From a bacterium (GTDB lineage: Bacteria > SZUA-182 > DTGQ01 > JAFGSM01), in assembly GCA_049472335.1 (NCBI GenBank), contig JBLIRO010000003.1, positions 32,001-96,000 on the forward strand: a DNA stretch of 64,000 bases. The letters run 5' to 3'. Below, piece by piece: positions 18,832-26,449 of this stretch. Made by a program: the position numbers and the translations under genes. Numbering within the stretch: the stretch's first letter is position 1; each line of letters opens with the position of its first letter. The notes under the pieces were generated by a model. The model was not told where the DNA came from. It was given only the letters and a program-made list of their open reading frames with translations, and searched no databases.

Positions 18832-19287
18832 ATGGATAGAATAATCCCTTTTACAGCATTTAGATTCAAGGTCCTCATTGAGATTGAGGGTGAATCAAAA
18901 TCCTTATGCAATGCAGCATTTTCAGAATGCGACGGTCTGGAGATAACAATGGAGCCTAAAACAATCCGGGAGGGAGGGAATAACAATCGGCCAATACATC
19001 TAATAGGACCTGTGAGCTATGGACAACTTTCTTTAAAACGTGGAATGACCGATTCCATTGATCTCTGGAATTGGTTCGAAAAGGTCCTTCAGCATGGCCA
19101 AAACGGACTGAGGGCCAATGCACAGATTATCATGCTGGGATCTGACGGAACCGATAAGCTGCAATTTAATATCACAGGGTGTCTTCCAGTAAAAATAAAG
19201 GCACCGGCCTTAAACGCCAAAGATGGCATCCTGGCAGTCGAAGAGATGCAGATTGCTTATGAGTTATTGAATATTCAAGAAAAATAA
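18832..19287 (+). CDS. Second tail tube protein (gp19-like)
   Basis: AAFSECDGLEI...IREGG...LSLKRGM...PALNA...AVEEMQIAYE. Confidence 0.92.
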   Translation: MDRIIPFTAFRFKVLIEIEGESKSLCNAAFSECDGLEITMEPKTIREGGNNNRPIHLIGPVSYGQLSLKRGMTDSIDLWNWFEKVLQHGQNGLRANAQIIMLGSDGTDKLQFNITGCLPVKIKAPALNAKDGILAVEEMQIAYELLNIQEK

Positions 19288-19305
19288 GTCCAGAGGTATA
19301 TTAAA

Positions 19306-20019
19306 ATGCCACAATTACCCAGTAGGCTTGAAAAGGCCGAACTTAGAGAGATCAGATGGGACAATCGCCAGCAGGCAATTGAAATAAACAGGGATAAGGC
19401 TGTTAAAGTGCAGTTCAATCCTGAAACCCTGAAGGTGAATTTCAGCAATCAAAAAGCCGGTGGTGACCAGAGAGGCGGCTCTGCCTCACAATTTGTTGGG
19501 GCGGGCACTACGAAACTTTCGCTTGAGCTCTGGTTCGATGTTACAGTCCCTCTTTCTGACGGCAGTATGCAGGAGGAAGGAGATGTGCGCCGCATCACTC
19601 AAAAGGTAAATTATTTCATCACACCCAAAAAGGTGCAGGGGGAAACAGATAAATGGCTTCCTCCGGGGGTACGTTTTGTCTGGGGAACATTTCTATTTGA
19701 CGGAACCATAGACTCTATGGATGAAAGCCTGGAATTCTTTTCCGATGAAGGGAAGCCTTTGCGCGCAAAGGTTTCTCTCAGCCTCTCAAGGCAGGAAATC
19801 CAGTTTCAATTTAATAATCAACAGTCCCCTGGAAGAGGCGGAACCGGATCACCTGGTTTGCAGCCTCAAAAACAGGCCCGGCAAGGCGACTCGGTACAAA
19901 AGATGGCTGCCCGTGAAGGCAAGGCAAAGGAGTGGAAACCTATAGCTTCGGATAATAACATCGAAAATCCTCGCAGAGTGAAACCGGGGACTATGATAAA
20001 AATTATGCCAAGGGTTTAG
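19306..20019 (+). CDS. CIS tube-initiator protein with degenerate C-terminal LysM (Afp7-like)
   Basis: VQFNPETL, LSLELWFD, PPGVRFVWG, FFSDEGKPLRAKV; C-terminal GDS...WKPIASDNNIENPRRVKPG. Confidence 0.85.
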   Translation: MPQLPSRLEKAELREIRWDNRQQAIEINRDKAVKVQFNPETLKVNFSNQKAGGDQRGGSASQFVGAGTTKLSLELWFDVTVPLSDGSMQEEGDVRRITQKVNYFITPKKVQGETDKWLPPGVRFVWGTFLFDGTIDSMDESLEFFSDEGKPLRAKVSLSLSRQEIQFQFNNQQSPGRGGTGSPGLQPQKQARQGDSVQKMAAREGKAKEWKPIASDNNIENPRRVKPGTMIKIMPRV

Positions 20020-20047
20020 ATTATTACAATAATAAGGAGTGAAAAAA

Positions 20048-20218
20048 ATGGGTGTTATCATCAATGATTTTGAAATTACTGTAGAACAGCCGCAGGAGAA
20101 TGCTGTTACCGGACCTCAACCAAATGAGCCTTCACCGTCTCCACAGCTTAAGCCACAGGATATCATCGATATTATTCGCTTCCGGTATGAACGTATGGAA
20201 AGAATCAAGGCATATTGA
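20048..20218 (+). CDS. 56-aa protein, Afp6/Pvc6-like (spike plug candidate); absent from the ORF track
   Basis: RBS TAAGGAG, ATG 20048, MGVIINDFEITVEQP...RYERMERIKAY, TGA ending 20218; fills the gap between tube initiator and hub. Confidence 0.75.
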   Translation: MGVIINDFEITVEQPQENAVTGPQPNEPSPSPQLKPQDIIDIIRFRYERMERIKAY

Positions 20219-20227
20219 GGTGTACTG

Positions 20228-21304
20228 ATGGGAGATCTTGGCACTACATCTATCTTTTATTCTGCCAAACCCACTGTGAGCATAGAAAATCAGGTTGATC
20301 CCAATCTCACGGATGGACTTTTGAACCTTTTGGTTGAGGAAACTACTGCAGGTCTGTTTCGTTGTGAGGCAACCTTCGGCAATTGGGGCAGTGTCAATTC
20401 CGGGACAGGTTATGTCTATTTTGACCGCCGGATATTGGATTTTGGAAAGATCCTTACAATTGATTCCGGGGAGGAGGAGACACAGGCACAGATCTTTAAA
20501 GGCTATATTACAGGAATAGAAGCACAATATCCGAAAACACGTCCGCCAGAGATTGTAATCCTTGCCGAAGACCGGTTCCAGGATTTGAGGATGACCCGAA
20601 GGAGCCGATCCTTCGAAGATATCAACGACCGTGATGTCATCCAGCAGATTGCTTCAGAGCACGGTCTTAGAACAGAAATAGATGTTGATGGTCCTAATTA
20701 TGATTTACTTGTTCAGGTCAATCAAAGCGATCTTGCATTTTTACGTGAAAGGGCCGTTTCAATTGATGCAGAGATATGGATTGAAGAAGACACAATACAT
20801 GCACAGGCACGCAGCCGTCGTAACACCGGCAGAATAACCCTTACCTATGGCCAGGGGCTCATAGAATTTTCAGTTTTGGCTGACTTGGCGAAACAGCGAA
20901 CCAGTCTTATTGTCAGTGGTTGGGATGTGGAGTCTAAAGAGGGCATTGAACATGAAGCATCGGAATCTGCTATCAGTGGAGAGCTTAACAATCATCAAAG
21001 TGGCGGTGTCTTGTTACAAAATGCCTTCGGACAAAGGAAAGAACGTTTAGTACACCTTGTTCCCCATACACTTCAGGAGGCCCATTTTTTATCCGAGTCC
21101 CATTACCGTATGATGGCACGACGGTTTTTAACAGGATACGGTATTGCTGAAGGAGACGGAAACATCAAGGTGGGAGCATCCATTGAGCTAAATGGTCTTG
21201 GTGAGCTTTTTGACGGAGAGTACTATATCTGCGAGGCAAGACATACCTTTGACCAGCAAAATGGATATCGTACTTATTTTGGAGTTGAGAGACCCGGATT
21301 ATAA
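20228..21304 (+). CDS. Baseplate hub / phage late control D protein (N-terminal half of VgrG/Afp8)
   Basis: IFKGYITGIEA, AEDRFQDLRMTRRSRSF, QVNQSDLAFLRERA, GELFDGEYYI. Confidence 0.9.
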   Translation: MGDLGTTSIFYSAKPTVSIENQVDPNLTDGLLNLLVEETTAGLFRCEATFGNWGSVNSGTGYVYFDRRILDFGKILTIDSGEEETQAQIFKGYITGIEAQYPKTRPPEIVILAEDRFQDLRMTRRSRSFEDINDRDVIQQIASEHGLRTEIDVDGPNYDLLVQVNQSDLAFLRERAVSIDAEIWIEEDTIHAQARSRRNTGRITLTYGQGLIEFSVLADLAKQRTSLIVSGWDVESKEGIEHEASESAISGELNNHQSGGVLLQNAFGQRKERLVHLVPHTLQEAHFLSESHYRMMARRFLTGYGIAEGDGNIKVGASIELNGLGELFDGEYYICEARHTFDQQNGYRTYFGVERPGL

Positions 21305-21342
21305 TGAGGCCGGGTTTATAACAATAATTTTTTAGGTCCGAA

Positions 21343-22062
21343 ATGATTGATTTAGAAAACAGATTAGATAAATTGCTTTACAGCCGCACACCCAGTGGCC
21401 TTGGAGGGCATTTCTTCGGTGTCTATCCTGCACTTGTGCTTGACATAGTTGATCCTAACGGCCAGGGACGTATCAAGGTGAAACTGCCCTGGTCACCGGA
21501 TACTCAGGGAAGCAGCTATGAAGTATGGGCGAGGCTGGCCACCATGATGGCAGGGAATAACCGTGGAACATGGTTTATTCCTGATGTTGATGATGAGGTT
21601 CTGGTGATCTTTGAGGCTGGGGATCCGCGAAGGCCATATGTGATAGGTTCCCTTTGGAATGGCAAGGACACCCCGCCGGAGGAAATGGACAATGCCGGCA
21701 ATAATTATCCAAAAACAATTCGTTCTCGTAATGGTATTCGCATCACAATGGACGATACTGACGGCCGGGAATCATTAACACTTGAAACACCGGGAGGGCA
21801 GACCATTATTCTCAAGGATGGGCCTGGGTCCGTGGAGCTAAAAGATAGTAACGGCAATACAATAAAAATGGAACCCAGCGGGATTAATGTGAATGCCGCC
21901 TCAAAGGTAACAATCAATGCAAGCACAATCGAGATTACCGCAGGGATGGTTACTGTAAATGCCGGAATGTCAAAATTTAGCGGCGTTGTCCAGGCCTCTG
22001 TGTTTATTGGCAATTCCGTAATAAGCAGCACCTATACACCGGGTGCGGGAAATATCTGGTAG
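21343..22062 (+). CDS. Baseplate spike (gpV/gp5 OB-fold plus beta-helix; C-terminal half of VgrG/Afp8)
   Basis: DPNGQGRIKVKLPW, WARLA, FIPDVDDEVLV.FEAGD..RPYVIGSLW, beta-strand repeats, ends YTPGAGNIW. Confidence 0.92.
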   Translation: MIDLENRLDKLLYSRTPSGLGGHFFGVYPALVLDIVDPNGQGRIKVKLPWSPDTQGSSYEVWARLATMMAGNNRGTWFIPDVDDEVLVIFEAGDPRRPYVIGSLWNGKDTPPEEMDNAGNNYPKTIRSRNGIRITMDDTDGRESLTLETPGGQTIILKDGPGSVELKDSNGNTIKMEPSGINVNAASKVTINASTIEITAGMVTVNAGMSKFSGVVQASVFIGNSVISSTYTPGAGNIW

Positions 22063-22073
22063 GGAAAAAAACA

Positions 22074-23744
22074 ATGAATCATGTCATACAATGGCAAACT
22101 GCCTCCCCCTTATGGGAAGAGGCCCTAGAAGACAGGATTAATAATAAGAGGTTTAAACAGCCCGCGCTATTGCGATTTGCAGGCGATAATTTTATGGAGA
22201 ATCTGGAAAAAACACTTTCAACTGATCCATCGCCCATAAAGGATTTTGTAGCACATTATGAAACCCGGAAAAACGAGGGATCCGGCTGGCTTTCAGAAGA
22301 TATGTTAAGCGGACACAAATCACTCAAGCTTTATCAGCCGGTCCATGGCCGATTTTATCTGGTTGCAGCAAGTCTGGTCTGCCGTTTACCGGGGCTGCCT
22401 GATAAAACTCTGGATATTGCCAATGAAGAGAAGGTATCTTTTCTGATGCGGCGCCTGGTCCCCAGAAGTAATAAAGTGACCCTGGTGCCGGAAGATCCGG
22501 ATACGTATTTTGAGTATGGATGGTTTGTCAACCAGAACTGCAGCGGATGGTGTAAGATTGATAATCCCTTAAAAGTGGCGCCCGATGAAGAGCGCCTGCC
22601 TATGTTTTCAATGAATTTCAAAATGAACAGTCAGAATCGCCATCTCTTAGCCGGATTTGTCCCTGTTGGGAATAGTGAAACCTATCAGGCTGCACCAGGG
22701 CTCAGTCCCATCAAGCCGTCCGAGGGAGAGCAATGGGACGATACCCTTGCAGATCCCAGATCAGCAAGGTTCGAGGCCACCATTATCGAGCCTGTAAATC
22801 AACTTCTTGAGACACTTCAAAACGTCCTGCCCAATGCAATAAGCCAGGAAAAGGCACAAGAGGTTTTGCTTTTCATTCTGCTCGACTTAGCTGAATTTCT
22901 GAAAGAACATCTCAGAGATGTATGGGAGGCGATAAAAGACGGCCATTGGACAGAGCTAACGGACAGCAGAAAAAAATTATACAACAAATTGTATACGACT
23001 ATCCTTTATCCCGGAAAGAGATTGGATGAAGCACTGCAGAACGTCCTTGAAATTAATATGGCAGATAAGATCATCTCAGGTGACATAAAGGATCCTGATT
23101 CCGGAAAAATACTTATAACCGGTAATTTAACAAAAAATGCCATAGAGAATCTAATTACAAACCTCATTACACATGATACAGAATGTATTAATACAGACAG
23201 CTTTAATTATATTGTCAAGGATGCGCTCGGGATTTATTCCCAAGCAGACAAGGCTGAAGAAGCAGTAAAAACGCCCAAAATTCTTCCCGGCTCGGGAATT
23301 TTTTATATAATCCGGTGTCTATATGAGAGGCCCCGCTGTAAAGGACTTTATACTCCTGTGTTAAGCGAAGAACCTACCCAGCCCTTCCAGATTGCCTCAT
23401 TTTTCGATCCAGATGCCCCCGGGCGCCCGATTCATATCACCATGCCTATTGATACGAGTATTGCCGGACTAAGGAAGTTTCCCAAGAATGTTTCTTTTTT
23501 GTTATCAAATAAATTAAGGCAGCAGATGGAACAGATAAAGGGTATAAAGCTGGAGGATCTGGATCAGGGCAATATAGGTGAGGAGAAAGGCTTTGATCTG
23601 GGCAGGATTTGCTCCTTCTCTATACCCATAATATCCCTATGCGCCATGATACTTCTTATGATTATAGTTCAATTGCTGAATATAGTCTTTTGGTGGCTGC
23701 CCTTTTTTAAGATATGTTTTCCACTTAACCTTAAAAGCGAGTAG
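22074..23744 (+). CDS. eCIS-associated protein of unknown function with C-terminal hydrophobic segment
   Basis: 556-aa ORF between spike and gp25; C-terminus ICSFSIPIISLCAMILLMIIVQLLNIVFWWLPFFKICFPL; no signal peptide evident. Confidence 0.7.
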   Translation: MNHVIQWQTASPLWEEALEDRINNKRFKQPALLRFAGDNFMENLEKTLSTDPSPIKDFVAHYETRKNEGSGWLSEDMLSGHKSLKLYQPVHGRFYLVAASLVCRLPGLPDKTLDIANEEKVSFLMRRLVPRSNKVTLVPEDPDTYFEYGWFVNQNCSGWCKIDNPLKVAPDEERLPMFSMNFKMNSQNRHLLAGFVPVGNSETYQAAPGLSPIKPSEGEQWDDTLADPRSARFEATIIEPVNQLLETLQNVLPNAISQEKAQEVLLFILLDLAEFLKEHLRDVWEAIKDGHWTELTDSRKKLYNKLYTTILYPGKRLDEALQNVLEINMADKIISGDIKDPDSGKILITGNLTKNAIENLITNLITHDTECINTDSFNYIVKDALGIYSQADKAEEAVKTPKILPGSGIFYIIRCLYERPRCKGLYTPVLSEEPTQPFQIASFFDPDAPGRPIHITMPIDTSIAGLRKFPKNVSFLLSNKLRQQMEQIKGIKLEDLDQGNIGEEKGFDLGRICSFSIPIISLCAMILLMIIVQLLNIVFWWLPFFKICFPLNLKSE

Positions 23745-23750
23745 AAAGAA

Positions 23751-24143
23751 ATGGATGAAGGAAAGATCTTTGGGAAGGGGATCTGTTTTCCTCCCCATAT
23801 AGGACCTGAAGGCCGGATTGCATGGTCCATGGGAGCACAGAACATCAGGGAGTCAATACGCATCATCCTGCTCACTGAATTTGAGGAACGTCTGATGTTG
23901 CCGGAATTCGGAGGCGGATTGCTTTCTTTTCTATTCGAACCTAACACCGCTTCAACCCTTCGACTGATCCAGGAACGTATTACACAGGCACTGGGTCGCT
24001 GGGAACCAAGGATAAAAATAGAGTCAGTGATAGTGAAAAAAGATCCCAATGATGAGCAATCGGCCCTGGTAACCATAGAATACAAACTCATAGCTACTGA
24101 GGCCGGTGACCAGGCAAACCTGACAATAAAATTGAAGGGATAG
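23751..24143 (+). CDS. GPW/gp25 baseplate (sheath initiator) protein (Afp9-like)
   Basis: IRESIRIILLT...ERLMLPEFG...LFEPN...ALGRWEPRI. Confidence 0.93.
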   Translation: MDEGKIFGKGICFPPHIGPEGRIAWSMGAQNIRESIRIILLTEFEERLMLPEFGGGLLSFLFEPNTASTLRLIQERITQALGRWEPRIKIESVIVKKDPNDEQSALVTIEYKLIATEAGDQANLTIKLKG

Positions 24144-24168
24144 GTACAGGAGGTATAGGAGGTAAAAA

Positions 24169-26430
24169 ATGCCTATAGTTGTTCCCAAAATTGATGATCT
24201 GAATTATGATGAGATTTTTGCTGAGACTTTAGCGCGTATTCCTGTCCATAATCCTGAATGGACAAATTTTAATGATAGTGATCCGGGTATTACTATACTG
24301 CAGCTTTTTGCCTTCATGACGGAAAACCTCCTCTACCGCTGCAACCTGATTCCCGAAAGAAACAGGAAAAAGTTTCTCAAGCTCCTGGGTATTCCCATGC
24401 AAGCTCCTTCCCCTGCTCAGGGTATTGTTACATTCAGCAATCCCCGGGGGCCTCTTAAAACCATGACCATCTCCAGTGGGTTGGAGGTTCTGGCAGGACA
24501 ACTGCCTTTTCAAACCCTGAACGGATTGGATGTAATGCCTATAGAGGCATACGTTTACTATAAAAAGCCTGTTCCGGAAGACCGGAAGGAGGAGATCAAA
24601 AAGGTTTATGAAATGCTCTATGAAAGCTTTAAGGATAGTGAAAATGAGCTTAATTACTATGAAACCAAATCCCTTGATCCACCTTTAAGCGGTTCGGCCT
24701 TCCCTGTTCTGGAGCTTTCATCCGAAAAAGACACAATCGATAAATCCCTCTGGATTGCTTTGCTGGCCCGCTCCAAAGATCTTTTAGACATCACCCGGGA
24801 AGAGATATCCAATAAGGTTCTGACATTGGGAATACTACCCGGCCTAATGGACGTGAACAGGGTGCTTTCTTATTTCGGCATGTCCTCATCAGAAACACAA
24901 GGGAATCTTCTTTACCAGATCCCTGTAGGAGATATATTTTCTACTGAGACCGAGACCCGTGTACCCAGGTACAAGACACTGGATGCAAGCCCCTACGGTG
25001 ACCCGCTCTCAGAACCGAGCACTGTCCAACTACAACTACCGGATAGCAATGAATTAAAGCTCTGGAAAAATCTTGAACCGCTGGAAATGGGCACAGGAGA
25101 CTTTCCTCCGTCCCTGGAAGATGCCAATATCGAAGATCGTATAATCACCTGGATACGTATCAGCCTTCAGAAAAGCCAGGCACAAACAAACACCATTAGT
25201 CAGTTGAGTGCAAAAATAAGCTGGGTTGGCATTAATGCGGCACGAATAACCCAATGTGCTCATGTTTTATCCGAGAATTTGGGCAGGGGCACAGGTGAGC
25301 CGGATCAAAAACTGACGCTTGCAAATACCCCTGTTGTTGTGGAAAGTGTTAAACTCACGGTGAATGGAGAGCAATGGAACAGAACGGATGATTTGATGTC
25401 TGCCGATTCAGAAGTCCCCGTCAGAACCCCCAGACTGGTCCCAACAGCTTCTTTGCCTCCATCAGATAAGGAAAAGGCAAAGGTTTTTACCGTGGACAGG
25501 GAATCCGGGGAGATTTGCTTCGGCAACGGTATCCATGGCACACGGCCTCCAAGCGGATCGGTTATTCATGCCAGTTATGATTATGGCGGCGGGATTTCCG
25601 GAAATGTAGGAATCGGGGCGATCAATAAGGGTCCTGGACTGCCGGCTGGTCTGAAGGTCACAAATCCTCTGCCTGCCTGGGGCGGTGACCAGGGTGAGTC
25701 CATTGAGGAGGCAGAACGTAATATCCCTCTGTATATTCGTCATCGTGACCGGCTGGTTTCAACCAAAGATTTTGAAGATATTACATGGCGCACCCCGGGA
25801 ATAGACCTTGGGCGTGTGGAAGTCTTGCCCTCATTACACCCGGACCTTTACGATATCCCCTCTGAAGGTGTTGTGACCGTAATGGTTATTCCACGATACG
25901 ATCCTTTGCAGCCGGAAGCGCCCGTTCCGGACCGGCTTTTTTTGGAGATGGTATGCAGGCATCTTAATCCTCGCCGGATAATCACTACCGAATTGCATGT
26001 AAGAGGGCCCAAATATATAGATATCTGGGTCTCAATAGGGATTGAGGTCATTCCTGGCAGGGATATAGCCCCTGTACGTGAAGAGGTTAAAAAAACGGTC
26101 AGGAAATTTCTATCTTCCTTGACCGGGGGTTTTGAAGGTAAGGGCTGGCCACTTGAGAAGGTGATCGAAAATTTAGAAATATGGGCAGTAGCAACACGTG
26201 TAGAAGGTGTTTCAAAGATAAACAGTGTAATTTTAACAGACAGCACAGGGGTAAATAAGGACAGAATACCTATAAGAGGGCTTGAGCTGCCAAGACTTAT
26301 GGGATTGGCAGTACAGTATGGCGAGCCACAGGACATTGCAGACCTTATTGCTGTTCCTCCGGAGCAAGTTTCTACAGTTGTTTCTAAGAAGATTCTTCCG
26401 GTTCCGGTGATTTTACCTGAATGCAAATAA
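24169..26430 (+). CDS. Baseplate J-like wedge protein (Afp11-like)
   Basis: PEWTNFNDSDPGITILQLFA, FGNGIHG..P, GGDQGES, RDRLVSTKDFE, RRIITTELHV. Confidence 0.92.
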   Translation: MPIVVPKIDDLNYDEIFAETLARIPVHNPEWTNFNDSDPGITILQLFAFMTENLLYRCNLIPERNRKKFLKLLGIPMQAPSPAQGIVTFSNPRGPLKTMTISSGLEVLAGQLPFQTLNGLDVMPIEAYVYYKKPVPEDRKEEIKKVYEMLYESFKDSENELNYYETKSLDPPLSGSAFPVLELSSEKDTIDKSLWIALLARSKDLLDITREEISNKVLTLGILPGLMDVNRVLSYFGMSSSETQGNLLYQIPVGDIFSTETETRVPRYKTLDASPYGDPLSEPSTVQLQLPDSNELKLWKNLEPLEMGTGDFPPSLEDANIEDRIITWIRISLQKSQAQTNTISQLSAKISWVGINAARITQCAHVLSENLGRGTGEPDQKLTLANTPVVVESVKLTVNGEQWNRTDDLMSADSEVPVRTPRLVPTASLPPSDKEKAKVFTVDRESGEICFGNGIHGTRPPSGSVIHASYDYGGGISGNVGIGAINKGPGLPAGLKVTNPLPAWGGDQGESIEEAERNIPLYIRHRDRLVSTKDFEDITWRTPGIDLGRVEVLPSLHPDLYDIPSEGVVTVMVIPRYDPLQPEAPVPDRLFLEMVCRHLNPRRIITTELHVRGPKYIDIWVSIGIEVIPGRDIAPVREEVKKTVRKFLSSLTGGFEGKGWPLEKVIENLEIWAVATRVEGVSKINSVILTDSTGVNKDRIPIRGLELPRLMGLAVQYGEPQDIADLIAVPPEQVSTVVSKKILPVPVILPECK

Positions 26431-26449
26431 ACTTTAGAGAAGGAATGTC

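Noticed and set aside
25848..26426. 192-aa antisense ORF and the many other short overlapping ORFs in the track
   Set aside because: They lie opposite or within well-supported genes and show no recognisable motifs.
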